A DNA stretch of 63,440 nt, filler included, from Licmophora abbreviata (Eukaryota): the NCBI GenBank assembly GCA_900291995.1. It is 12 parts of 12 records of this genome, joined end to end, with 100 filler letters (N's around TTAATTAATTAA, not from the genome) between each part and the next. Parts side by side here need not be neighbours in the genome. Positions count along the whole stretch, not along the records: positions 1 to 4,201 come from OLMU01004620.1; positions 4,302 to 13,656 come from OLMU01004621.1; 10 more parts are not named here. The stretch is one strand, 5' to 3'. Below the pieces are notes generated by a model. It had not been told where the DNA came from. It saw only the letters and a program-made list of their open reading frames with translations, and made no database searches. Shown here piece after piece: positions 1 to 13,304 of this stretch. The stretch's first letter is position 1; the number at the start of each line of letters is the position of its first letter. The position numbers and the translations under genes are program-made.

Positions 1-115
1 TCGACTATTTCCCCATCATTCGAAGCAAAGGCCTCACTTTTCCAGCCTCGAGGCGTTGAAATTTTGACAAGAACTCTTTTTTTCCCCGTCCCGCTCGTGA
101 ATTGACACGCTCAAG

Positions 116-1702
116 ATGGCCATCATGATGACCGTACGCTCGCTGCTCGATCGCCTGTACGACTCTTCTGAATCGTCCTTTCACACTGACAATCTGTCGA
201 CGTTTTCCCTACTTCTTGGTCGTCGTTGGCTGGAAGAGCCTACGACAGAAGAGAGCGACGACACAGACCTGACTTCTCTCATTATCACCAATTTCTTCTT
301 GTTCTGTCTCATCTTTGGACTCTCCGCCTCCGTCGATGCCAAGAATCTAATCTCCCAGCTGCACAACAAGTGGGCTATACTAACTGGAATTTCCATGCAG
401 TTCTTCATCATGCCGCTACTCGGATTTCTGAGCGTCATGGTCTTCAAGCCAAGCGATGCCCTCACACACGCCATGGGAATCTCGTTGCTTGTCGTCACAT
501 CGTCGCCTGGCGGCAGCTACAGCAACTGGTGGTGCAGTACTTTCAATGCGGACTTGGCACTCAGTGTGGCCATGACAGCAGTCTCCACGATACTCTCTGT
601 CGGGATGCTGCCTGCTAATCTGCTGCTCTATAGCTTTCTGGCCTTTGGCGTGTCCGAAGAAGAGAGCATCGTAGATGCACTCGACTTTGGTGCCATCTTT
701 CTTTCCTTGGGCATTGTCATTGCAGCGATACTGAGTGGACTCTACGCCTCCTACAAGATGCACTCTCGAACCTTTCAGCAGTGGTCGAATCGTATTGGAA
801 GCATCAGCGGCATTGTCTTGATTTTGGTCAGTGCGTTCCTTAGCAGCGGTACGGGCGACGCCGAGACCAACTTTTGGAGTCAGCCGTGGGAATTCTATGT
901 CGCCGTGGGGATTCCTTGTCTGGTGGGTATCGTATTGGCCAATCTACTCTCCAGATGCTTTCGATTGAGCCGACCTGAATGTGTGTCGGTCTCGATTGAA
1001 TGTTGCTATCAAAATACCGGCATTGCGACATCTGTGGCGGTGAATATGTTTTCTGATCCCACGGAACGTGCCCAAGCGCTGGCTGTCCCACTCTTTTACG
1101 GGCTTCTGGAGGCTGTTGTGATTGGGGTGTACTGCGTGTGGGCCTGGAAGGTTGGTTGGACCAAGGCTCCGGCGGGCGAGAAGCTCTGCGTCGTCGTCAC
1201 ACACACGTATGAGCTGGATCGACCCACACCGCGAGCGGCCTTGACAGAATCTCAAGAGACTGTCGACGAGATTGAGGAAGAAGGAGAAGACGAAAACCTC
1301 GAGGACCATCGAGATGAAACTGTACCGCCTCCTCACGAAAAGGAAGACGACGAAAGACGGGCTGAAGAAACTCCGCACGTCGAACACGAAGCAGCGTTGG
1401 TGTCGCTCACGGGCTGGCGCCGATGGTACCGTACTCTCTTCGAGCCGCGATACCCGTACGGCCATTCTCGCAGTACGCGCGAGACGGCCGTCGAGCCCGA
1501 CGAAGACTCCCAAGAGGACGAGGATATCGAAGCGGCAACTCCCAAGAAGAAAGGCGACATTCGCGATCGATTTGTCAGCGAAGACTACACGGCCGCGACG
1601 AGCGGATCGGCGTCGGTGAGCTCTCCTCCGGCGACTCCAGGCAACTCGATCGAAGTTCTTCCCGTCTTTGAAGAGCCGATACCAGAAGGACTGAATCTCT
1701 AG
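116..1702 (+). CDS. Bile acid:sodium symporter (BASS/SLC10) family transporter with acidic C-terminal tail
   Basis: Intronless 528-aa ORF with SBF motifs GISMQFFIMPLLGF, SSPGGSYSNWWC, ADLALSVAMT and SIECCYQNTGIA; about 9 hydrophobic segments. Confidence 0.9.
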   Translation: MAIMMTVRSLLDRLYDSSESSFHTDNLSTFSLLLGRRWLEEPTTEESDDTDLTSLIITNFFLFCLIFGLSASVDAKNLISQLHNKWAILTGISMQFFIMPLLGFLSVMVFKPSDALTHAMGISLLVVTSSPGGSYSNWWCSTFNADLALSVAMTAVSTILSVGMLPANLLLYSFLAFGVSEEESIVDALDFGAIFLSLGIVIAAILSGLYASYKMHSRTFQQWSNRIGSISGIVLILVSAFLSSGTGDAETNFWSQPWEFYVAVGIPCLVGIVLANLLSRCFRLSRPECVSVSIECCYQNTGIATSVAVNMFSDPTERAQALAVPLFYGLLEAVVIGVYCVWAWKVGWTKAPAGEKLCVVVTHTYELDRPTPRAALTESQETVDEIEEEGEDENLEDHRDETVPPPHEKEDDERRAEETPHVEHEAALVSLTGWRRWYRTLFEPRYPYGHSRSTRETAVEPDEDSQEDEDIEAATPKKKGDIRDRFVSEDYTAATSGSASVSSPPATPGNSIEVLPVFEEPIPEGLNL

Positions 1703-2332
1703 TAGGGGCCTAGCGAGGGGGTCGGGGAATGATTGAATACTAGTGCGTGGCGCGATACCGGCATTCGGTGTCTCTGCCATGGGACTTGTAAGAATATGCT
1801 TACACTGGTAATGTAGAAGAACTCTTTATAGCGAATTACAGTAGTGAAACAATGAATCGATGATTAGCGTCCATAGAATGAGTCCACTTTGAACTGGAGG
1901 AAACGAACCTGCGTTTGAAACTGCATCACGAGTGTCTTTTCTCTTTTTTCCATACCATGTTGAAGTGTGACGTCACCTACTGTGTGTTGTGCAGAATGCT
2001 ACACCAGTACATGCTCTACGAGTTTTTACGTGATGAAAGATACGCGCACGTCACGCCCGAGCATCGGATCCATCGGCGGGAGGATCTCAAAATGGCGTGA
2101 GCAGAGTGTCGTGTCGATCTCTATCCGCAGGCAATCAATTTTGGTAGACCTGGCAAGCTCACTCTCGGTACTTTCGAGAGTAAGAGAGGATCGCAGGGTA
2201 AGCGGCGATGAGTGTGCTCAATTTGGCTTTCGAAGTGTCAAACCTGGCCAATTTCAGTTTTGGCTCCAATGACTTTCGATGACAGCAAGATCTGACCGTA
2301 TCTTTGCTCTATTTCCTCCTTTAACAGTCATC

Positions 2333-5300
2333 ATGTTGCGTCTGGCGTCCTCCAGGGTAACTCCATGGAAACGTCCCCTGGTGTCGAGTGTCAGATGTTT
2401 CTCTACGGCCGATACTAGCAAGGAGAGCAAGCCCAAGGGCACTCACTACTCCAAACTCACCGTCGGTATCCCTAAAGAGTACTTTCCTCTCGAGAAGCGA
2501 GTCGCAGCCACTCCGGAGGTACGTTGGTTGACTTCGCAAATTTCCCATGCGATGTATCGTTCGCTCGATCTGACAAATCGATTACGCTTGTTATAGTCCG
2601 TCCAACGGCTCGTCAAGCCGGGTTTCAACGTCTTGGTAGAGGACAGTGCAGGAATGAACTCTCACTTTTCCAATGCCGACTACGAAGGCAGTGGCGCAAC
2701 GGTTGTACCCAAGGAAGACTTGTGGAAGAAGAGTGATATTGTCTTGAAGGTGAGCAACTCATACATACTCGTATCCACTGTTACTGTATGAGTTCGTCAT
2801 AGGGAAGGAGCGCTCACTTCACTCGCCACTGCATCCCCACAGCTACGCCCTCCGACTCCCGAAGAAGCTGCTTCCTTGGAAGATCGTACGATAGTGTCGT
2901 TCTTGTATCCCAAGCAAAATCCTGAACTGGTGGACCAACTACAGAAGCAGGGCGCCACAGCTTTTGCAATGGACTGCATTCCTCGTACACTCTCGCGTGG
3001 TCAGACGTACGATGCATTGAGCTCGCAGGCCAACATAAGTGGTTACCGTGCGGTATTGGAAGCTGCCAATGAGTTTGGTCGCTTCTTTGCGGGTCAGATG
3101 ACTGCAGCGGGTAAGGTTCCGCCAGCCAAGGTGCTTGTGCTGGGTACAGGTGTGGCGGGACTCGCTGCCGTGCAGACGGCCAAGAATATGGGAGCCATTG
3201 TGCGGGCGTTTGATGTACGACCCGTCACTAAGGAACAAGTTGAAGCCATGGGCGGCCAGTTTCTCGAAGTAGACTTTCAGGAAGATGGTAGCGGCTCGGG
3301 TGGGTACGCCAAGGAAATGAGCAAGGAGTGGCATGCGGCGGCGGCTAGGATGTTGGCGAAGCAGTGTGAGGAGGTGGATGTCATCATTACGACTGCGCTC
3401 ATCCCGGGACGACCCGCACCCAAGATGATCACCAAGGACATGGTTGCAAAGATGAAAAGTGGCAGTGTCACGGTTGATCTTGCCGCTGAGACGGGAGGCA
3501 ATGTCGAAACGACGGTCGCAGACAAGAAGATCGTCACCGACAACGGTGTCGCATGCATTGGATACACCGACTTACCCAGTCGTCTACCGACGACGAGCTC
3601 GTCGCTGTACAGCAACAACATTTCCAAGTTTCTGCTGAGTGTGGGTCCCCAGACTACCCATGAAAAGGAATACTTTTACATTGACCATGACGATGAAGCG
3701 GTCCGCGGAATGATTGTCTTAGAGAATGGCGAAATGCTTTTTCCGGCACCGGCTCCTCCTCCGCCACCCCCCGCCAAGGAGGCGGAAAAGAAAGAGGTGG
3801 TTGCACCGCCACCCGATTACCGCGCTCCATTTGTACAGGGCGCGAAGACAGCGGGCTACGTGTCGGGCTCCATTCTTGCAATGGGTGCCCTCGCTCCGAA
3901 CCCCGCGTTCAGTTCTATGTTCACCACATTTGCCTTGTCCAACGTGATTGGTGTGCAAGTCGTCTTGGGTGTCTCTCATGCTCTTCACAGTCCGCTCATG
4001 GCGGTTACGAATGCGATCAGTGGTACCACGGCACTGGGTGGCATGCACCTAGTGGCGAACAGCAACTCTGCAATGGTTACCTTGCTTGGTGCAACTGCGA
4101 CTACACTTTCAACTGTCAACATTGTCGGTGGGTTCATTGTCACAACCAAGATGTTGGATATGTTCAAGAGGCCTGACGATCCTCCAGAATTCTACCATCT
4201 TNNNNNNNNNNNNNNNNNNNNNNNNNNNNNNNNNNNNNNNNNNNNTTAATTAATTAANNNNNNNNNNNNNNNNNNNNNNNNNNNNNNNNNNNNNNNNNNN
4301 NATTGTCACAACCAAGATGTTGGATATGTTCAAGAGGCCTGACGATCCTCCAGAATACTACCATCTTTATGGCATCCCGACTGGTTTGGCCTTGACCGCT
4401 TACGGAATCGGATCCTTGTCTGGAAAGTTTCCAGAGATCGATGCTGCGGCAGCAACTCTCTCCGGTTTGCTCTGCATTGGCGGAATCGGCGGTCTGGCCT
4501 CCCAGTCCACCGCTCGTCTAGGAGCTGTGTCTGGACAAGCCGGCGTTGCGTTTGGTGTTGCGTCCACACTTGGTCACGTATCGCCAAGTCTAGGGACGAC
4601 AGCTAGCATCGGTGGACTAATGGCCGTTGGTGGCGTCGCAGGAAACTACATTGGAAACCGCGTCGAGCCGACTTCTCTACCACAAACGGTAGCCGCGTTT
4701 CATTCGTTGGTTGGTATTGCTGCTAGCACCGCAGCGGTTGGTGACTACTTGAATGTGCCTGACGCAGCACAGCTGGATTCGGTTCACTTGGCTAGTATCT
4801 ATCTTGCCACTGTGATCGGAAGCGTTACGTGCACTGGATCACTGGTCGCTTTCGGAAAGCTAGACGGAAGGATGGCATCAGCTCCGTGGCAGCATCCTGC
4901 GAAGGATAAAATCAACGCAGGCCTTGCGGCCGCCACGCTCGGCGCGGGTGCTGTTGTAATGGGCGCACCAGAGCTTGGTGTGGGTATGACTGCTCTCACG
5001 AGTGCGCTGACCACGAGCGGGATATTGGGGTACACTATGACGGCGGGTGTCGGAGGCGCAGATATGCCAGTTGTGATCACTGTCTTGAACAGTTACTCTG
5101 GATGGGCCCTTTGTGCTGAAGGCTTCATGCTTGACATGCCGCTGCTTACGACAGTTGGTGCACTCATTGGATGCTCTGGTGCTGCTCTTACAAAGATCAT
5201 GTGCGATGCAATGAATCGCAACATCGTCAGCGTCATCCTTGGTGGATATGGCACCAAATCAACTGGAGGGGGTGAGGCCGTTCAGTTTGAGGGAGAGACG

Positions 5301-6007
5301 ACAATGACAAGTGTCGATGAAACTGTCAACCTTCTCACAGAGAGCGAAAGCATTATCATTGTGCCAGGTGAGTCGTTGTTTTGTGCTATGTGAATGCCGT
5401 CTCGACTGTGTTTATCGTCTCACCTCTACTGTATTTGTCTGACAATCTACAGGATACGGTTTGGCTGTCGCGAAGGGACAATACCCTCTGAAAGAAATGG
5501 TCGATTCGCTATTGAATGCTGGAAAGAAAGTGCGTTTTGCGATCCATCCTGTTGCTGGTCGCATGCCTGGACAGCTGAACGTCCTTTTAGCAGAGGCGGG
5601 TGTTCCTTATGACATTGTGTTTGAGATGGAAGAGATTAATGAAGACTTCGAAACGACTGATTTGGTGCTGGTGATTGGCGGTAAGTGATTGATAGTGCTC
5701 GAGTCCCATCAAAACTTGGAAGGGCCGATTTCAGCTCTGATGTTCCTTTTATCTTTTCTCAAATATAGCGAACGATACCGTCAATTCTGCCGCCATTGAC
5801 GACCCAAACTCCCAGATTGCTGGTATGCCTGTCTTGAGGGTGTGGGACTCGAAGCAGGTCATTGTCATGAAGCGCTCGCTTGCCGCAGGTTATGCAGGCG
5901 TGGACAATCCAGTGTTCATCAAAGACAATACTGACATGCTTCTCGGCGACGCGAAGGATACGTGCGAGAAGCTCGCTGCTGGCGTGAAGGTATTCTATAG
6001 TAGGTAG
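2333..6007 (+). CDS. NNT: Mitochondrial proton-translocating NAD(P) transhydrogenase (alpha-beta fused)
   Basis: R/S-rich presequence ([12 protein letters not shown]); motifs [84 protein letters not shown] introns at 2519-2596, 2750-2842, 5368-5452 and 5681-5768 keep the frame; crosses gap 4202-4301, whose flanks overlap. Confidence 0.96.
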
Positions 6008-6117
6008 GGAGACAATCCAGTGTTCATCAAGACAATACTGACATGCTTCTCGGCGACGCGAAGGATACGTGCGAGAAGCTCGCTGCTGGCGTGAAGGCAT
6101 TCTATGGTAGGTAGGGA
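5903..6117 (+). repeat. Tandem direct duplication (108 + 107 bp) of the NNT 3' end
   Basis: 5903-6010 is repeated at 6011-6117 with one A deleted and two substitutions; GAC microhomology at the junction. Confidence 0.92.
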
Positions 6118-6235
6118 GACCGGCCAGTATTTGGAATCGTTGACGGTATTATTACGACTTCTGGTTGGAATGAGCTTTTAAGTACAGACTCTCAATATTT
6201 TAACTTAGTTGTGCATGGTGCATCTACATAAATTC

Positions 6236-9200
6236 TTACACATTTTCACTGACTGGTTCCTCCATGTTGAAGTCGCTGATGTTGAGCTTTTTGTGGAACT
6301 CGAGGTCCTCTAGTCGTTTTTCCAATTCGGCGATTCTTCGAGCTTGTGCTTCACTTTTCAACTCGGCCCTCTGCTCGTCTCGTAGGGTGTCGCTCAGGCT
6401 GTGTTCCTTTGCAAACGCATCGAGTTTCTCCTCACCGGCACTTGATGTCCAAAGCGAGGCCTCTCCATTCGTCACTCGCTTCAAATCACAAAACGAGCGC
6501 TTCGGGTCTTCCTTTCGAAGAAGAGTTTGGAAGAATCGAACGCCATCCGTACCGTTGAAGCCAGCAGCATCGGAAATGGCTTGCTCAAGAACCCTTGTCT
6601 CCCTGAGAATTTCCGTCTCATCTAGACGATGCGTCAATCCGGAAGAGGCCGCTGCCCAAGACGGTGGAACGAGGGGGTATGCTCCTTCGAAGATGAGCTT
6701 TACCAGACCAGCGACACCGCCCGCTAGGCCTCTCATGTACAATCCGCAAAGGTGCATCAAGGGCAAACCACGCTGCACGACTTCCGAAACATCATCCTTG
6801 ATTTCGACAGGGTATGCACTGTTTGCGTTCCCAGTGACGGGCACGCCTTCGTTCTCATCGATTAGATAGAGGAACGCCCGTCCTGATTCTTCGAAATAGT
6901 CAGTGATCGCCAAGACTCGCTCCTGCACGATAAGTCGAGCAACGATCATGGGGTCATCGCGAAAGCGTTCTACTTCGGTTGCGGCGAGCCGTATCATGGC
7001 TTCGTCGAGTTGGCGAAAGTCCTCCGATAACCGTAAGGACTGCAATAAATCTTTCGAAGACCAACGGAATGACTGATCTTTGTTGAAGACAGCGTTCTCA
7101 ACCAGACAAGCGTAATGGCACGCTTTCGAGAGGGCAAGAAGTTTGATGCCCATTCCTTCTGCGAGTTCGACATCCTTCTTGGTCGACGGGGTGAGTTTGC
7201 CAGATTTATTTTTCGACAGCTTATATGGAATAAGAACAAAGCTGCTTGGAGTCTCTAGCAGCTGCCGGTCACTAGAAAACTCCTTCCTGATGAGTTCTGA
7301 CGGGGACATGTAGATACGCCGCTGAAATCCCAGGTCCCAGCAAACTATACGTCTCGTCCGTTGCTGTAGCCATGCTTCGTCTGCTCGGGATGTTAATTCC
7401 TGCTCCTCTTTTCGTCGATGGGAAGCGCAGTCTTGAATTCGCTTGTCGACAATTCGCTTCGTCATCTTCTCCAACTTCGGTGAATGGTCATTGGCGAAGA
7501 AAGGATGGCTCAAAACGGTTTGCATATTGAGCTCGGCGCGCTCCTCAAAAGGTGAAAGGAGATGAAGGAGGATGTCCTGCGCCAGAGGATCGTCCACATT
7601 TCCATATATGAGCGCCTTTGCACGACTTCGACTCCAACAACCAATCTGCCAATGATCCAGTAGATGCCCCGTTCGCACATTCGTAGCAAACAAAGGATGT
7701 CCGCCACTGCATAGCGTGAAGAGAATCTGACCAAAAGACCAGATATCAGCGGCCTGGCGTACGGGGACCAACTTGTAAGGCAACTCGGGAAGCTTGTCTT
7801 CTTCATTTGAATCTTCGAGGAAGTGACAACGAAGAACATATGCATCACCGGTCGCCGGGTCGAATTGAGGTTCAATCAAACCCCTTTCAATGGCGACGTT
7901 GCCGGTCGACATAACACAGTCCCAGTAGTTTGAGTATATTTTCAACTCTGCTGGGTTGAGCTTTACGAACATCTCTGGAGGAAAGGTGCCTGTTGCGAAG
8001 TGGACGGTCCCAGTGGCGGAAATTCCAGCCATATAGCTGGCGGATGCCTGAGGACGGGCGCAGGAAAGGTCGGATAGTGCCCAGTATCGTGTGCCCCCTT
8101 TTTCTTCCGAGGATTGAAGAGACTTTACTCCACGAAAGGAGACGTTGCCGTGCAACAAACCTGCAATCGAAACAAGAAAACGTGAGAAGGTGCACATTAT
8201 TCTGTACTCTGGGCAGCAAATTGATGGGAGTTTCTCAGCTTACCATTTTCATGGATTCTCTTCAGCGACATGGCAATCTCAGCTCCAATGCCCCGAACTT
8301 GATCAGTCTTGAGAACTCCATGATGGTAATAATACTCTTGAAGATCGCCATCATCGCGGTGATGCATGACTACGGCGTACGGAAAGTTTGCAATATTCAC
8401 AGAATTTTCGCCGTCTTGCTGGGCAGCACTCGAATCAAAACTGACAATACGAAATCTTTCATCTTGAATATCCCGCTTGTATAGCTTGTCATTGTCCGTG
8501 TCCGCGTTGGCGCTGAAATGGTTTATCAAAGGGACGATGCTGCTCTCTTCTAGCTCGCCATCAAAAACTGGGATGCCAAGCATTTTTCTGCACTCTACTT
8601 CGCTCTTGTATGCCTGCTCGCTGCGCATGAACTTGAAACAGACCGTTCGCTTCGTTACACTAAAGACTGCCTTCGGCGTCTGCAGCTTCAATGGGTGCTC
8701 GCCAGTTTCCCAGATTCTCTCTTCGACATTGCCTGATGCCGCTATGACCTCCTCCTTCACGTCTTCGGTGGACACAATATGTTCCGTCGCGCGCAACAGC
8801 ACCGACTCGCCGTCACCGTTCCTGTGAATCAGTAAATTCTCATTTGGTCCAGCGAGAAACTCATAGCGACCCACAAAATAAAACATGCGATGGATGGCTG
8901 CTCGGCACTGTACATGTGCGACATCTCGTATGCTACTGCTTGCAGTGTAAGAGCCAATCTCGAGGTAACCAGTCGCGAAGGAAGGGAGTGTCCCAGAAAC
9001 AAGCGATGTAGTCGACGATATATCGACCCCATCCAGGATCTCAGTCACCTGTCTCGCATAGTGATCTTCTAGCGAGTCCGGATTCCTAAAGAGTGCGAAG
9101 AAGAGCCAAAGACGTCGTGCGACTTCGCTTAAAGCGTACACCCCAGAAACATTTTCTTTTCCCGTCGGCACGGATTCGCTTGGTGCTGGCTCCCTGCTTG

Positions 9201-12057
9201 TGTTCAACTCAGCGCCGTCATCATATGCATCCTCAAATGTGCGGGTTGATTGCGAAGAAAAGTCATGTGACTGACTCTGCCGTGTCGCGTCGTCGTTTGA
9301 AACATCCTGCCTCGTCGCGTCATCCACTGTTTTCATCGTGTCATCGTCAAACATAAGCTCGTCATCATATCGAGAGTCGTAATCATCGCTGCGGTATTCC
9401 CGATCGCTCCCTTCTTCTTCTGAGAAGTAGTCATCGTCCTCATCGTCCTCATCATCTTCATCATGGGTTGCGGTGGGGCTCAACGTATATCCAGCGTCCA
9501 GATCCTCGTCGTACATGGATTTCAGCTGGTCCTTCTTCGACGGACTTAACAGATTCTTCGGTGTTATCTTCTTGCGAGAGAATCGTATGTCCTGCTTTGG
9601 GGCTTTCGGAGTCTTTGAGTTCTTTGGCCTCTTTGAGCTCTTCGGTTTGTTGGGAATTTTCGACTTCTTGGGCTTTACCGCGAGATCAATACTGGGCGCT
9701 TCAATCGAAGAGAGCGTTGTCGTAAGCTGAAGGTCAGCGGAACTGTATTTCACCACTTCCTCTTGCGCAGCCAAGTGAAGACTCCCCTTTCCTTCCAGCT
9801 CATCTCGAATAACCTTCACGCAACGGTCGAGCAAAGCCTCTTTGCGACGATGAGCATCGAGTGTGGGACAAAAACTGAAGAGCAGCTCTCTCACCATGTG
9901 CCACGATTCTGCGTCTTCCGCCATCGAACGACGCTGTTCATGTAAATCAAGCGGTGTGTATCCGTGATCTTCGACCGCAGTAGTCAATTTCAGCGCCTTT
10001 GGGTAGGTCTCAACCATGCGATAGAGCTGACCATAAGGCAAAACGTCGAATGCCACTGCGATGTGGAGAGGCGTCATGCCGTGGTGAAGGCTAGCAATCT
10101 TGAGCGAAGCCTTGTCGTGTACAAGCGGCTCCATCAGAAGCCTCATCTTTTGCTGCAGCGCATTGAATTGTTTCTCACGGAATGAGACCTCGGCATCCGA
10201 CACCCATTCCGACGACACCGCCAGAGTGGCCTTCCTTGCCGGACTACTGGGTCCTGCCTTCTCTTTTCCGAATAGCTTGGTCTCCAGAAGTGAATGAATT
10301 GGCAAGTCACCATTTTCGCTCTGGAACCGCGCAGCCTTGGGATAACTGCCCAGCAATGCTTGTATGACCTCAAGCGAAGCCAGATTCTCGCAAGCCAAGT
10401 GCAATGGATACCTTCCACAAGAATCCTCCATTTTCAACGCCAATCTACCATTGACAAACGTTCCATGCCTGGATGTCACGTAGGCCTCTAACATGACATT
10501 CACAGTTTCGGCCGTAACGAGTGGTGTTGCAAATGGCGAACTCAGGAGCATGTGAAGAGGTGTCTGCAATGTCTCTTCTGTGGTATGGACAAGTCCAAAG
10601 GGATGCGATTGAATCAACGCCTTGACGACTTTTGGATTTGTCGCCACATGCAAGGCACAGTGCAAGGGCAAACGCCCCTGCTCATCCTCCATGTGTGCCG
10701 CACACGCTGGTCGCTCACCGACGGCGTGTACCATTTGGCTGTTGGGCGCTGCTCCCGGCGACTGCAACAAGAGTTCCAATAAGGCTTCTGGAGGTGCGAA
10801 CGCCCCGGGACCGCCGCCCTTGATCAAATCAACTTTGTCCCTCACACTCTTGTTGCGGCAAAGACGTTGCCATTCCAGCTCTTGCTGCTTGGCAACAGCG
10901 TCAAACAAAACGTGCAGAGGCGTTCGGCCTTGAGCGTCTTGAAGCGTCAACACTTCAAAATGATTGTCCAAGACAATTTGAAGCGCCTTGAGTGACATAC
11001 ATTCCGGAATCGACTTGTTGTCTTCGGAGAGTCCCTTGTGATAGAAACATCGCGCCAAGAGATGGATGGCCCAATGAAATGGAAAGCTACCACTGTCATC
11101 TGCCGTACGCGCCACCTTACTGCTCACCAGTGCATGAATGACAGTGGCCGAAATGTGCGTTTCGTACAGGGGCGGCGCGTTCGGGTTCGGCGCTTCTCCC
11201 GAAACATGCGAGGCCTTTTCGTCCGGGACAAACGTTCCGGCACCCAAGTACCACGCTAGCGCCGTCCGTCCTTTTCGATCGGTCTTGGTCTTGCTGTCGG
11301 GATAGGCCTGCAGCAACGCCTTGATGGCATCCTTCGACGCACCTTCCATGACGGCATAATGCAAGGGCAACGCACCGTGCTTGGCATCCGGAACAATGGC
11401 CGCAGTAGGCGGTATGCCCTCCTCTCCCGGGGAGGGAATGTCTGGAAGCGGTCCTTCTTCCCCCCTCTTGCTGGGATACTGCGTCACTCCGTGAAACGCA
11501 GAGGTCGGTAGTTGCTGACAGAACACTTCCACCAATGTTGGACTCCTCGTCTTGCCATGAAACCAGAACAAATAGTGCAAAGGCGTCCTTCCACCCTCAT
11601 CCCGATGCAAGAGGGCTTCCGGATATGCCAGAACAAGAATCTTGAGAACGTTTTCACTATCCTTGTTGTTCGAGGCATAGTTCCGACAAGCGCAGTGGAG
11701 CGGCAGTCGGCCTTTGCTATCCGCCATGCGTACAGCCTCGGGTCCTAAATGACAGAGTGCGGCAATGATATAGGCCGGTGCACTCTTACATGCAATCCGA
11801 AGAGGCGTATCTTCCTGTTTGGGCCCTTGCCCATCCAGAAGCTCGCGGGCCAAGTCGTCCGACGGTCCCGTGCAGACTGGGAGCGGCGAGTCAAAGTCGG
11901 GAGTGGGAGTATTGGCGTTGGTGACGCTGTGGCCTTCGAGGAAGTTCAAGATTTGATTCCAATGCGAGCGCTTGTGGGCGCCCCCGACCAGCTTGTGAAG
12001 CGTTCCAGCATAGCGACCCATGATGGCACGATGGTGATGGCGCGAACGAAAGAACAA
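6236..12057 (-). CDS. Large ankyrin-repeat protein with a C-terminal (pseudo)kinase domain and coiled coil
   Basis: Many (G)RLPLH/TPLH ankyrin motifs. A phase-1 GT-AG intron at 8161-8243 joins the two ORFs (IHENG|LLHGNVS). Kinase landmarks VCFK, FPPE, ADIWSFG, VLSHPFF. Confidence 0.85.
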
Positions 12058-13304
12058 AACTGGGCAGTATCACCAGTGAAGCTACCGTCCTGTGCCTTGC
12101 TTCTCTTGTAGTCTCGCTTATTTCTGTCTTTACCTACAGGTGAAGCCTCAGCCACTTTCTCTCTGTTGACTATTGCTCAATGGTTGTGCGAGAATGGATC
12201 TTGTGAAGGAGGATCCTCAACAGTGCAATAGCGAGAAGTGTGAGACAGAAGTCCCCGTTGGCGAAGCGAGTCGTGTGATGCGATCGAAGAAACAGACTCA
12301 ACTCGCAGAAATGGCGCGCCTCGCGTTTTGGCGAGCACCTCTTAGAGCAATGATCATCCTAGAGTATAAATGCATCAAATGTATACCCACCTATGGACCT
12401 GCATATGATATATGTCACAACGGAAAATCCACCTTGGGCGTTCTTGGCATTTATGGCAGAAGACACGATGCCGAAACGTGTTTTGACACGCGAAACACAA
12501 GCACAAAAAACATCACTCTGTGTCCATCATGAGACGAGGCAAGGCCATCATCACGACTGTCTACTAGACTACAATCAATCCACACAGAAAGCCAAGAGGG
12601 TGCAGAGGCAGAAAGGTGAGTGATATCTTAGATGTGTGATGATGCATCTTCATGGCTGTGACAGAAGAGCGGACGAGATTGTTTCGTAGCGCGTTCGTTT
12701 TCAAATTATCACGTGAGTGCGGTTGATGGCCGCTTGGAGAATTCCGACGAAGATGCGTGACGGAGCCAACGGGGTACATGGTTGTGCACCTACCTTTCTC
12801 TAGGATGTCAAATCGCATTGCGTTTTGCTATTAGTTCTGCTGTCCACTATCACAAGCATATCCATCACATCCATCACACATCATCGCGTGATTGGTCGGA
12901 ACTTCGAGCAGAAGGTCTGCCCAGATGATTTTCACTCGTGGGCTAAGCTTGCGTGTCAGTCGTGCTTGTTGTGTTGAATTTTAGGCGAATCTTCTGAGAT
13001 GTTTGTCTATCATCCGTCACTCAATCTTTGAATTTTTATAATACTCCTCGTAATCTCTTAGATACATATACACACTTCCTAAGTAAGTTCTGTCACTCGC
13101 CCGGCAGTTGCAAAATTTGACTGGGACACTGCAACGACCAACACGCTGCTGCAACCAACACAACAGCAACTACGCAGAGAAAAAGCGACCTGACTCATCA
13201 CTCAAACAACAGGCATTTAGGCGAAGGACACAGCTGCTCTTTCTGACCAAGAGAAAAAGAGGTGCTCAGTTTCGCTTCCTCTCATAACTTGCGTCGACTC
13301 ATAC

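Noticed and set aside
12173..13300. Short ORFs and CATCAC-rich/11-bp inverted repeat in a 1.2-kb divergent spacer
   Set aside because: Too short and low-complexity to support a gene, tRNA or mobile element
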